Assembly (NCBI GenBank): GCA_020184695.1
Contig: JAANOX010000037.1
Coordinates: 248,001-312,000, forward strand
DNA: 64,000 nt
Direction: 5' to 3'
From: Histomonas meleagridis 2922-C6/04-290x
Lineage: Eukaryota > Protista > Parabasalia
Positions within the stretch are counted from its first letter, which is position 1. Each line of letters opens with the position of its first letter. Positions 51,001 to 60,943 of this stretch are shown here, piece after piece. The notes under the pieces were generated by a model. The model searched no databases. It saw nothing but the letters and a program-made list of their open reading frames with translations, and was not told the origin of the DNA. Both the position numbers and the translations under genes were made by a program.

Positions 51001-54000
51001 TGAGCCTTCTATATTATCTATATATAGTTCTGTCATTAAGAAATATATAATAAATTGTTCAAATGATATTAAAATAAAATTATTAAATTATGTATATGAA
51101 AATTGTCAATTAATTCCTTTTGTTTATATTTATATTATTCTTAAAAACTTTTCTAAATATGATATTCGTTTAAATATTTCATCATTTCGTACATTAGAAA
51201 TTGATGATATACCAAATATATTCTTTGCTAAAGCTTCTTTCTTATTTGGTTGTGGAATAACTGGTGATCAAACTATATCACCAACACTTTCATCTAAATT
51301 AATGAATTTGTTACAATTCGAACAAATTAAAGTATTTAAAGAAAGATTAGAAAGAATTAATCGTGTTTTAATTATATATTATTCGATTCTTATATCACCC
51401 GAAGTTTATAATTATTTTTTTTCATTCGATGAATTTGTTAAATCAATGTTTTTATGTTTAACTTATTCATTTACGATTCCAATAAAAGTCTCAAGAAAAA
51501 TTGGTAAAACTCTTTTAAAACAAATTTATACTCGAAAATTCACAACTTTTAAATTAATAATACATAATATTGGATTAAATACTATTGTTCAAGAACCTTT
51601 ATCATTATTTCAAGATAATTTTCATATGAAAATAATGTTTTTAAAAGAAGTATTAAAATATTTTTATGAGTTTTGTTCACCACGAACAACTGATGTCATA
51701 TTAAAAGCATTTGTTTGTTATGATAAATTTTCTAATCAAAGGAAAATGGAAGGGTTTCAAAACTTTGCAGAGTTAATGAAATTAATCACAAGTTCAAATC
51801 AATTTTTAAAAATAATATATCATAAAATGAAAGAAAATGATAATGAGAATTTAACAATTGAGAAATTTATAAATCTAAATATTTCATTATTTCAAAATAA
51901 TGATATAAGTTATGATTGTTGTTTAAAGTATTTATTAAAATTTATTTTAATTGAGCCGAAAGAAATTATTTATAAATATTTCTTAGCAAATAAGAATGAA
52001 CAATATTTTTATATACAAATCTTGAAAATTTTAATAATAAAAGATGAAACAAATATTTTGATAATGAATTTGTTTTATTTATTAAAAGCAGAATGTTCAA
52101 ATAATATTTATATTTATTCATTATTAAACGAATTATTAAATGATAAAAGATATTCAATGAATCAAAATGTTATTAATGAAGTTGAATATTTATTTGATAC
52201 TAATATGAATTATTTTAAAAACATATTAACAAGTAATGAAAATATATTTAATATTGTTTATGATATTAGTAAATGTTATTTAAAAATCTTGAAAACAAAT
52301 CCAACTAATAAACAAATTAATAAATTCATTTCATTATTATCTATAAATTGTTTAGAATATTCATATTTACAAAAGAAATTCATTTCTTTATTATTTGATG
52401 ATGAATTTTGTTGTGAAGATGAATTTTATTTAACATTATTAGAAACAATTTTATTTTCTATATCATTAAAAGATAACATTGATAAAATATCAATATATGA
52501 AACATTAATTAGTAAATTACTTAAAAAAATTCCATTTTTACCTGAAGAATTTAATGAAAATTTATGGAATTATTCATTTGAATATATTAAACAAAATGAA
52601 TTTTTTAGTATTGGTTCAACAATGATTACAAAATTATTAAAATTTCCGAATGCTAATAACCATATCGAACAAATATTACATATCATTCCAAACATTTTTT
52701 TAAGTTCTGATTTATATGTTAATAAAAATGGATATAAAATTATGTTAAAATTACTTGAAATGGAATTATTACCACCAGATTTATATCAACAAGTTATTAC
52801 ATATTTATTAAGTTCATGTAAATGTTTTGATCCATGTTTTATATCATATTCATTTAAAATCTTTAAATATGGTAACGAATTATTAAACCCACCATCACAA
52901 GAACTAATAGAAGCAATTACATTATTTGTAATAACAAAAATTTTCTCATTTCAAGATCATCCATTAATACCAAATTTACAAAAAATAATTTATGTATTTC
53001 ATTCATTACCTTTTATTAATGATTATTTACCTTTTTCGATTTTACATGTAATAATTTCTTATGTTAATACTAAAATTAATGATCATGCATTCGACTTAGC
53101 GAATATTTCTCAATTAGATTCGTTTTTAAGTTTAGGTGTGAAGTTTTGTAATATTATTCGACCAAATATTATCGAACTTAAAAAGTTAATAAAATGTTGT
53201 TTCGATTATTTGGAGTTTGGATTACAAAATAAGAAAATGAATATAAATTTCCTTGACGATTTTTGTGAGTTAATCATTAAGTATGAAATTAATGATATTC
53301 CTGTTGAATTTTTATATAAATATACACAATTACATGATCATTTTTCTTTTGTTTCATGTTTATTTAATCAAATTAATGGGAATTTTTTAATTGTTCCAAA
53401 AACTCAAAAAATTGTTCAAAATTCATTTAAATTATTATCTACAAAATGGCAAAAAGTAATTTTTATTAATAATTTGTTTAACTTAATTGTAAATGATTTC
53501 GAAATATATATATTATATGAGAAAAGTATTGATTCGATTTATGATTTTTTACTTAATGAAGTAAGTATTAATTCTATATGTAATGTTACTTATTGTATAA
53601 TAAAATCAAATTTAAACATAGATAAACTTAAATATCTTAATAAAATATTAAACGTGATTGATAATTTAATTAATTCTCATTTATATGCTTTGGCTAAAAA
53701 TGTTTTTCAATATATAAATTCTTTTTTTGATGAATTTCCTATTGAAATGCAAACAGACACAGTGAAAATAATCTTTGATGATATATCTACAAAACCAATT
53801 AAAAAAGAAATATATTTTTCAACTTTAAATATATTATTTAGATCAAATTTTGTACATATTCAATTAAAATTTGATATTATTAATAATTTTTATATTTTTG
53901 ATGATATATTACATAACGTTACTGATACAATAGTCTTTGATTCGATTTTAAATTATTTAAATATGTTTACTACAAGTTTAAAATACATAATTTATATTTT

Positions 54001-56884
54001 GTTCATGCAAATGTATTATTCAGAAGGGAATAAAAAATTCGAAATATTTTGTAACATATTAAATTTAATTGGTGATAATGAAATAGATCGATTTTTAAAT
54101 TTATATAATTCTTTACCTATAATATGTTGGCAAGATAAATATATAACTTTGTTATCATTATTAATAATTGGGTTTAATTTTCCTTGTGAAATATTTGTGA
54201 AATTTTCCAATTTTATTAATAAATTTAATGAGAAAATATTTGAAATTGCTTTATCTAATTTAAATGATGAAAAATGTATGAAAAAATTAATGAAAATATT
54301 AAACACTACATTAAATATCCCTAAATATCATCAATGTTTAATAAAGACTATAATAAGATTCATTAATTATAATCAGAAATTAAGCCCATTAATTTTTAAT
54401 ATAACAAATAAAATTTTTAATTTTGATTTTGTAGATATAAGTATAATTGATGAAAATTTTTTATTGCCGCATAATTCGAATGATTATATATTTGGTATAA
54501 TATATAATGATAAAAATAAAATGGAAAAAATTGCTTCTGCGCAATATTTCTTAAGTAATTATAAACAATCGAAAAAAATATTTTCGAATTTAACAGAAAT
54601 TAATAATGATTTTGTCCAACAAATAAATTCTATTACTAATAATTTAACATTTAAAGATAAAGAAAATATATTTTCTTCATTATCTTTAGATGAAGATACA
54701 TATTCATTATTTAATTACATGCGCAAAATTACAAATCGCCAAATAAATCCACAAATCAAATTAAAATATAATAACTCGAGTGATAATTATAAAAATTACT
54801 TAAATAAATATTTACAATTATCAACATATCATAAAAATATAATTGCAACTTATAAATTTTTTGATAATTATCTTCACCATTATATTAATAATCAAACAAT
54901 TCCATCAGAAACAGAACTTTTTTATCAAACATTTCTTTTGAATCCAATTTATGAACAAGTTAAATATAAAATCGACAAGAAATTTAAAATGGAAAAACTT
55001 ATTCGTCCATTTCCTAAAGTTTTAAATAATGTTAATTCTGAGCCAATGACATTAATACCATTTGATCTTCATTCATTGTTTCAAACAGTTTCAGGTATTA
55101 ATTCGAATGATTTTATGTATATAACTAATAATGAAATCGAAAATTTGTCGAAAAACATTTTAACAAATATTAAAACTATTCAACCTTATACACTTCATAA
55201 ATGGTCTGTTTTTAGTTTTGAATTATATTGTAAAGAAAATGATAAAATATTTTTAACTAATTCCATTCAAACTTATATGAAAACATTTAATTTAGTTGAC
55301 GAATTCCCAAATTTTATTAAATATGAATGTGTTTCTAGAATTTTATTATTATTACAAATATCTTTCATTAATTATAATAACTTCGATAATATTATATCTG
55401 ACTTAGCTAAAAATGATAAAAACATCGAAATATTTAAGTTTTGGACTGAGAAAATTATCGATTTGCATAGTACAATGAAGAAAAAATTGATTCCAAAAAA
55501 CATAATGAACTTTTTCTTGTTTCCTGATGTGAATTTTTTGAATAATCAACAATATATAAAAGTTAAGAACTTAAATGAATTCTTTGATTTCTTGACCGCG
55601 AGTATTAATTTGGATCAATTTAATGAAAAGCAGTCAATTGAAGCGTTGATTCGTTTTATTAAAAATTGCGATTACTCAAACTTGCCAACCGATTTGATTT
55701 CAATCAGAAATGATCGACAACCGAACGAATTAACTGAAATTTTGTCAAAAATTTCAATAGAAACTCTTCAAAAATTAAAACCTGTAAACGAGTTATTTAT
55801 TATTAATAACGATTTTATAGAATCATATATTGATTCACTTGATGCTAATGAATATTCATACGCGTTTTTGAAGCAAGAGTTTTATGCAAAGATTGATGAA
55901 ATCAATGCAAAATTATCAATTGATTTACCAACGTTTGTCATTAATAAACCAGCGAAAAAGATTCAAACAATTATTCCAAATATTCGTAAGATTAATAATT
56001 CACAATATATTATTAGTTGTATTATTGATGGCGAAAAACGAAGTTTATTAATACATAAGCTACCAAATAAGCAAAAGCAAATCAAGTTCTCTTTGTTTAC
56101 CAAAATTATGTACATTTTCCAACAAATAATTAATTATTCATATTCGTCAAGAATTAGATCCATTCGATTTGATTCTTCTTTTATCACATTGATTGGTAAT
56201 TCGTATGTAATATATGAGTTACCTTATGATACCATAAGTTTGGATGATCTTTTCTTTAAATCGATTGGAACCAAATCGGGAAAATGGATCAGCGACTTAA
56301 ATTACGCAAATAAAATCAATGAAATTGATACATTCATATTGAACAAATATGTTTCATCAAAGTTTTCTAAAGAAAAATACATAAATGTTCGTAATAACTT
56401 ATTAAAATCTTCAGCTTCTTCATTTCTTGTTCGACATTTGTTTAATTTCTCTTACCAAAACTTAATGAATTATCAATTTAGTTTGGAAAACGCTTCTGTT
56501 CCAATAATGATTGAAGACTTTAACTTAACTAATACGAACATTAGTTCAAGTTTTAGGATTTCTCCGAATATAATAAATTTGTTTGGAAATACTATCGACG
56601 GAGAAATCATTTTATCAATTGCTGCGTGCGCTGATGCAATGAAACATCACTTGAGCGCATTTCGTGCTGCAATCGAAACACTTTTTTGGGGAAATGTATA
56701 CGAATTTAAAATGATATTAAGCGAAATAATTAATAACAGAAATATTGTAGAAAAGAAATTGTTGGAAATATCGCCGCCTATAATAGCAGAATGTTCAGAA
56801 GAGTGGTTTGATAAATTAGAAAATTTGATTAATAATGCAAAATCAGTCAACAATAAACCAAAAGAAGCAATTCCTTGGTTTTGA
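48065..56884 (+). CDS. Very large TRRAP/Tra1-like PIKK pseudokinase (about 2940 aa)
   Basis: Uninterrupted 8.8-kb ORF with helical repeats. The C-terminal SFRISPNI segment and FATC-like end KLENLINNAKSVNNKPKEAIPWF* resemble TRRAP; no DxxxxN or DFG motif seen. Confidence 0.68.
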   Translation: MEKNNIPPIQDEDSFYCLIKWIRQKIEQFCISDNIENNYHQLIQIYKFTLTEKPSSMDERSWEKQIFLLYSFLINFWIAGKPFPIGTFKVNYGPLFLARSLIDLSKKNYEKSPEIIETFEFITQSILSTQKEISYNVPPSFFGIFLPKVISRYYPNEYENLFSQFLTKITELPSGHYFYESDILFMAEIIKILRNNRNLPQSVQYFFDYIFNGSSQPIVLIVQNLFSYWRTGFNPQDANNKSMMLQIRPTKVLELFTKLKIFDLSLSFQWISCLLLYESLFSNQSEQIHVLFFICTALFHMERVVLYKRFVHHSADFIKVLKSHIEKQNPLFFYYFLTNIVSILDKNIIFLKNIKGYHINKGEKSIKFSEQSFCNEIIDLDDCLYTEYSPKQVDNINEAIKICENKLKIIETKLQFMQVSLNLFLNIPLSIFRIINFEKENETNSNLLFYFEEIFYHWLKFLLYFSHRVTILYYLIHSNNKTKNHFCTTQLKTLFSAFNKMCNEVPSSCFNMMFSIITDFLLKYVRKHLLTQCFVINFLGEIIHNKNSFEILMSYLIKQEIHNLLCFTSSDIKDVKFISQWFFLIFRVGLLNKNYQSDLYNFLILHGSFIIPNVSLMSNRIVHYDITYETVLWFKKIIQQINVTGEKFSPRFQLKYFSLLPSTTKKNSLSFFLDYIINKDLQPNQNEKIVLFGNKVIDLTTTEVIKLVLETNKREFYDIVLNLLEKTIDLKNIIQWNDNFTNEKFEFFNLLLNNSNDKLDSNLVKFINHPITNSFLISSKSQLNFSIDILLIKPFEISILDFLKEIISNQDNSIEPINLFQLIDWSFTIIQESSLINESIELFGLLLNICSNLSIHSSLSPKITNFIHNLNMFYAEKMKSKMYFKYFLALISILGKTQSTKTVFILEMFCDFLLSLQQEVPSLNLITISINQIIYNFPTDKESSLSISIALNQILNFFPNSISFEQFQHFLFSYPPYSFEPSILSIYSSVIKKYIINCSNDIKIKLLNYVYENCQLIPFVYIYIILKNFSKYDIRLNISSFRTLEIDDIPNIFFAKASFLFGCGITGDQTISPTLSSKLMNLLQFEQIKVFKERLERINRVLIIYYSILISPEVYNYFFSFDEFVKSMFLCLTYSFTIPIKVSRKIGKTLLKQIYTRKFTTFKLIIHNIGLNTIVQEPLSLFQDNFHMKIMFLKEVLKYFYEFCSPRTTDVILKAFVCYDKFSNQRKMEGFQNFAELMKLITSSNQFLKIIYHKMKENDNENLTIEKFINLNISLFQNNDISYDCCLKYLLKFILIEPKEIIYKYFLANKNEQYFYIQILKILIIKDETNILIMNLFYLLKAECSNNIYIYSLLNELLNDKRYSMNQNVINEVEYLFDTNMNYFKNILTSNENIFNIVYDISKCYLKILKTNPTNKQINKFISLLSINCLEYSYLQKKFISLLFDDEFCCEDEFYLTLLETILFSISLKDNIDKISIYETLISKLLKKIPFLPEEFNENLWNYSFEYIKQNEFFSIGSTMITKLLKFPNANNHIEQILHIIPNIFLSSDLYVNKNGYKIMLKLLEMELLPPDLYQQVITYLLSSCKCFDPCFISYSFKIFKYGNELLNPPSQELIEAITLFVITKIFSFQDHPLIPNLQKIIYVFHSLPFINDYLPFSILHVIISYVNTKINDHAFDLANISQLDSFLSLGVKFCNIIRPNIIELKKLIKCCFDYLEFGLQNKKMNINFLDDFCELIIKYEINDIPVEFLYKYTQLHDHFSFVSCLFNQINGNFLIVPKTQKIVQNSFKLLSTKWQKVIFINNLFNLIVNDFEIYILYEKSIDSIYDFLLNEVSINSICNVTYCIIKSNLNIDKLKYLNKILNVIDNLINSHLYALAKNVFQYINSFFDEFPIEMQTDTVKIIFDDISTKPIKKEIYFSTLNILFRSNFVHIQLKFDIINNFYIFDDILHNVTDTIVFDSILNYLNMFTTSLKYIIYILFMQMYYSEGNKKFEIFCNILNLIGDNEIDRFLNLYNSLPIICWQDKYITLLSLLIIGFNFPCEIFVKFSNFINKFNEKIFEIALSNLNDEKCMKKLMKILNTTLNIPKYHQCLIKTIIRFINYNQKLSPLIFNITNKIFNFDFVDISIIDENFLLPHNSNDYIFGIIYNDKNKMEKIASAQYFLSNYKQSKKIFSNLTEINNDFVQQINSITNNLTFKDKENIFSSLSLDEDTYSLFNYMRKITNRQINPQIKLKYNNSSDNYKNYLNKYLQLSTYHKNIIATYKFFDNYLHHYINNQTIPSETELFYQTFLLNPIYEQVKYKIDKKFKMEKLIRPFPKVLNNVNSEPMTLIPFDLHSLFQTVSGINSNDFMYITNNEIENLSKNILTNIKTIQPYTLHKWSVFSFELYCKENDKIFLTNSIQTYMKTFNLVDEFPNFIKYECVSRILLLLQISFINYNNFDNIISDLAKNDKNIEIFKFWTEKIIDLHSTMKKKLIPKNIMNFFLFPDVNFLNNQQYIKVKNLNEFFDFLTASINLDQFNEKQSIEALIRFIKNCDYSNLPTDLISIRNDRQPNELTEILSKISIETLQKLKPVNELFIINNDFIESYIDSLDANEYSYAFLKQEFYAKIDEINAKLSIDLPTFVINKPAKKIQTIIPNIRKINNSQYIISCIIDGEKRSLLIHKLPNKQKQIKFSLFTKIMYIFQQIINYSYSSRIRSIRFDSSFITLIGNSYVIYELPYDTISLDDLFFKSIGTKSGKWISDLNYANKINEIDTFILNKYVSSKFSKEKYINVRNNLLKSSASSFLVRHLFNFSYQNLMNYQFSLENASVPIMIEDFNLTNTNISSSFRISPNIINLFGNTIDGEIILSIAACADAMKHHLSAFRAAIETLFWGNVYEFKMILSEIINNRNIVEKKLLEISPPIIAECSEEWFDKLENLINNAKSVNNKPKEAIPWF

Positions 56885-57171
56885 ACGATAGGAAATTCAA
56901 TGGGAAAATATCGTTTTGGGCTGAAAAACGCCTATCGTAGATTCAGAAAACTTATAGATATATATAAATGTTTATATAAATATTAATGTAAGAATAATGT
57001 TTTGTGTATATAAGCCATTTGTTTTTGTATAAAATATTCGCTTTATGTACAAAAATGTAATTTGATTTTCAAATGGAAATTTCATATCAAGTATTACTTG
57101 AGATATTTTAAGATTTGTTTAGAGAAAATACAAAAAAGGATGCGAAAAATCATGTTTATTTCCCTTGTATT

Positions 57172-57771
57172 TTATAGTGCAGATAAAATTTGAGAATAAT
57201 TTTCTTCCATTTGATTAAGTACGCTAATAATTACTTCACCTTGAAGAATGTCATCCTGACCGTAACTATTCTCTAAATCATATCGAGTTTCAATTCCAAA
57301 CATTTCATTAAATACATTAAGATAGCTAGAAATGGTTATCAATTGCTGGTATATTTGATAAAAGTCATTCCCAACGGCTCTGAACTTTTCATCCATAAGT
57401 TGATACCTTCCGTTTACATTATTTTCAACAATTCCTTTGTCGCTTTGCATTTTTTCGGAAACGCTACTTAGATAAAGAGCTTCGGCTGAAACATAATCCG
57501 GAATTTGTTTTTCTGCTTTAAGATTTTCCATTGTTGCTTTTGCTTTATTAATTTTTTCGTTGGCTGTATCTATTAATTTTTTCATTGCGTTAAATTCGGC
57601 AATTTTCTTTTGCAAATCGGCATTCTGTGCAATTTTGTCTTGTGTTAAATTTTCATTTCTGTATTCATCAACATCATTTTGAAAATCTCTACTTTGGATG
57701 TACTTCTGAAACTCGCTTTCGAATTCACTTTCGATTTGTGATTTCTCTTCTGCTGTAAGTTGGTATGCCAT
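57172..57771 (-). CDS. Hypothetical coiled-coil protein, 199 aa
   Basis: ATG-initiated ORF with a heptad-rich central region. Confidence 0.65.
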   Translation of the reverse strand: MAYQLTAEEKSQIESEFESEFQKYIQSRDFQNDVDEYRNENLTQDKIAQNADLQKKIAEFNAMKKLIDTANEKINKAKATMENLKAEKQIPDYVSAEALYLSSVSEKMQSDKGIVENNVNGRYQLMDEKFRAVGNDFYQIYQQLITISSYLNVFNEMFGIETRYDLENSYGQDDILQGEVIISVLNQMEENYSQILSAL

Positions 57772-58425
57772 CCTGCAGAATTGACACTTTTCGCCAGTAT
57801 AACTGTAAATACAATTGAATTTTTGAATGTTACTGTTCTTGCCATTAGAAATTGTCCTCGAAAGATCTTCAATGAAACAGATTTCTCATTATGCAATCTT
57901 TTTATGACTTCGAGGTTGTGAGTCAATGAACAAAATATTTAAATATAATAAATATCATATAAAAATTATATAAATTTAGAATGGAATCTTTGTTTGTCGC
58001 TGCCATTTTTATTTTCTTTTAAAATCAGTGTGACTTATTTGGATTTGAATAAGATCGTACGCGATCAATATTGAAACCGTTTAGTAAAATTGGTGCATGC
58101 AGCAACACCAAAAAACGCACATGAATTCATGAGAATTCTCTTATAACATGCAATCTCTATCTAAAGAATAACACCTATTAATTAATTACATACTAAACTT
58201 AAGTTAAGTTATACAGATATAATTAATGAAATTATTTGTTTCAAATCCATTAATATATAAAACAGTTAGAGCCATAACGATTTTGAAACGATTTTTAAGT
58301 ATTTGTTTCAAACAAGCTAAAATAAATGAATTGAAGCGAAATAAGATTTTCATTATGAAAATATTTTTTGAATGGAAAAAATTGACAAAAAAAAACTAAA
58401 TCGGGCTAAACTTTACTAAACCCAT

Positions 58426-59079
58426 TTACTTCCTCTTGTGGAAAAGTTTGTGAGCAATCTTTCTCCATGTGATATGGTGTGGGCGTGGTCTTTTGATTGT
58501 CTTTTCTTCTTCGTTTGTTGCGCCAATTTCAATGTGGAAGGAGATCTTGTTGCCAGATGGGTTCTCAAGTGTGATATCTTCAGCAACGTCGTTTTCGTTT
58601 AATGTAACATCAGTGATTTCGTAGTCACCTAATGTAACAGCATCATCTTCAAGAACAAGATCTTCCGATTGGAATAATTTGGAAATGTATTCGAGAAGCT
58701 TTTGGATTCCTTCCCAGAATTTAGCCCATGAGAATTGGCCGATGGCTAATTCCTTGATATCAGCACCGATGACAATCTTGTTAACACCGTTTTCAAGTGT
58801 GACTTGCTTTGGTCTTCCATCTTCACCAGCAACAACATCTGTAACCTTGTAACCGTTGATGTATAATACGTTTTCTTCTTCATCTAAGAAGATTGAGACA
58901 ATTTTAATGACTGTTGTGACAACTTTGAAAGCAGTTTTGATACCTTTCCAGATCTTACCCCAGTTGATTTTGTTTTCTTGTGGTTTTTGGTCCTTTTGCT
59001 TGATACGGAATCTTGGTTCAACATCGAATGATGGTGGTCTTCTGATTATGCAGCGGAATGCGACAAAGAGAAGAAACAT
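58426..59079 (-). CDS. Secreted repeat protein, candidate amphipathic-peptide precursor
   Basis: Short signal peptide, three W-x-K helices and two acidic internal repeats. Codon usage resembles SERCA and RPS6. TCATTT Inr at 59100-59105. Confidence 0.8.
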   Translation of the reverse strand: MFLLFVAFRCIIRRPPSFDVEPRFRIKQKDQKPQENKINWGKIWKGIKTAFKVVTTVIKIVSIFLDEEENVLYINGYKVTDVVAGEDGRPKQVTLENGVNKIVIGADIKELAIGQFSWAKFWEGIQKLLEYISKLFQSEDLVLEDDAVTLGDYEITDVTLNENDVAEDITLENPSGNKISFHIEIGATNEEEKTIKRPRPHHITWRKIAHKLFHKRK

Positions 59080-59733
59080 ATTTTTTTGATTTAAGAGTCA
59101 AATGACACACCCCTCACAATTTTGAAGTGGCACTGTCAAATGCCAGAAGAACGCCCGTAGGCCAAGCCGTTAACGCGGAAAGGCTTTCAGACGGTTATGT
59201 CAAGCCAAATATTATATAGTTTACATGGTGGAAATCTGTCCTTCTGGTTTTTGTGAACTGACAACCAGCGGGTTAATACTTTTTGACTCTGATTTAATCG
59301 TACAACGTGGTTAAATTGTTATAAAAGCCTTTTGGTGAAAATTTTAGAGCACACAAAATTATGAGCCTATTCAATATAGGATATTGTGTACACAATTTTT
59401 GTCTTGATCTTTTTTGACAAAAAAGAAAAATTGAGAAGAAGTATAATTTTGCCTAAATCTCAATAAATATTCTTTAATACTTGATAAACTTGATTAAAAA
59501 ACATAATATATTGGAAAAAACCTATAAATAACTTATTTCTAAGGTTCAGTTTTTCGAGAATAAAAGTGATGTACCACTTTGATGGAAATATAAAATAAAT
59601 GCATTTGGCAAAACTTAAAAGGGGGGGGGTAATAATTTTTTATTTAATGATTTTGCAATAGAATTTAAATTCAAAGATAAAAAGAGAGATACTGAATTTT
59701 GGTTCCATAAGTTATTTTTGAAATAAAAAATGA

Positions 59734-60943
59734 TTAAGGTATTTTGATATCGATTCCTTCTTGTTCAAGAAGTAATTTAACGATTTCTGTATGACCATTT
59801 CTAGATGCATAAATAAGTGCTGTTTTAAATAATTTAGATAATTTCCAAATATTATTTTGAAATATAAAATTACTAAAATAAATTCTAAATAAAACAAATA
59901 AATATCTTTAGCATTAATATCAATTCCTTCTTGTTCAAGAAGTAATTTAACGATTTCTGTATGACCATTTCTAGATGCATAAATAAGTGCTGTTTTAAAT
60001 AATTTAGATAATTTCCAAATATTATTTTGAAATATAAAATTACTAAAATAAATTCTAAATAAAACAAATAAATATCTTTAGCATTAATATCAATTCCTTC
60101 TTGTTCAAGAAGTAATTGAACGATTTCTGTATGACCATTTCTAGATGCATAAATAAGTGCTGTTTTAAATAATTTAGATAATTTCCAAATATTATTTTGA
60201 AATATAAAATTACTAAAATAAATTTTAAATAAAACAAATAAATATCTTTAGCATTAATATCGATTCCTTCTTGTTCAAGAAGTAATTTAACGATTTCTGT
60301 AGGACCATATTTAGATGCCCACATAAGTGCTGTATAAAATAATTTAAATAATTTCCAAATATTATTATGAAACATCAAATTTGGTTTAGAAATCCCAAAT
60401 AATCAAAATAAATATTAAATAAAATAAATGAATATCTTTAGCATTAATATCAATTCCTTTTTGTTCAAGAAGTATTTTAACTGTTTCCAAATGACCATTT
60501 AAAGATGCATAAATAAGTGCTGTATTAAATATTTTATATAATTTCCAATTATTATTTTGAAATATCAAATCATTAAAATAAATTTTAAATAAAATAAATA
60601 AATATTTTTAGCATTAATATCAATTCCTTCTTGCTCAAGAAGTAACTTAACTATTTCTATATGACCTAGTTTAGATGCTAACATAAGTGCTGTTTTAAAT
60701 AATTTATATAATTTCCAATTATTATTTTGAAATATCAAATCATTAAAATAAATAATAAACAAAACAGATAAATATCTTTAACATTAATATCAATTCCTTC
60801 TTGTTCAAGAAGTAATTTAACGATTTCTGTATGACCATTTCTAGATGCATAAATAAGTGCTGTTTTAAATAATTTAAATAATTTCCAAATATTATTTTGG
60901 AATATCAAATTAATAAAATAAATTCTAAATAAAACAAATAAAT
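59734..60943 (-). repeat. Array of seven 90-nt ankyrin modules alternating with 80-nt (once 100-nt) AT-rich spacers
   Basis: Modules at 60774-60863, 60604-60693, 60434-60523, 60244-60333, 60074-60163, 59904-59993 and 59734-59823. Period is 170 bp (once 190 bp). Confidence 0.92.

Noticed and set aside
47990-56900. TTGAAAATTCCTATCGT ... ACGATAGGAAATTCAA flanking the giant ORF as transposon terminal inverted repeats
   Set aside because: The match is imperfect, there is no transposase and no target-site duplication seen, the cargo is a housekeeping-type gene, and the core motif recurs elsewhere as a probable Myb site.
57645-57926. 93-aa ORF overlapping the start of 57172-57771
   Set aside because: TTG start, different frame, and no domain evidence.
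59621-59629. G9 homopolymer in an AT-rich intergenic region
   Set aside because: It is an isolated run, insufficient for an intramolecular G-quadruplex, and may be a sequencing artefact.
59734-60943. CRISPR array interpretation of the alternating conserved/variable units
   Set aside because: The host is eukaryotic, the units are 80-100 and 90 nt, the variable parts are homologous ankyrin-coding modules, and there are no cas genes.
59734-60943. Programmed -1 frameshifting or ribosomal bypass joining the ankyrin modules
   Set aside because: A slippery T TTA AAA occurs in only some spacers, the 190-bp unit needs a different shift, an in-frame stop is present in only some spacers, and read-through would insert about 27 mostly hydrophobic residues into each ankyrin loop.
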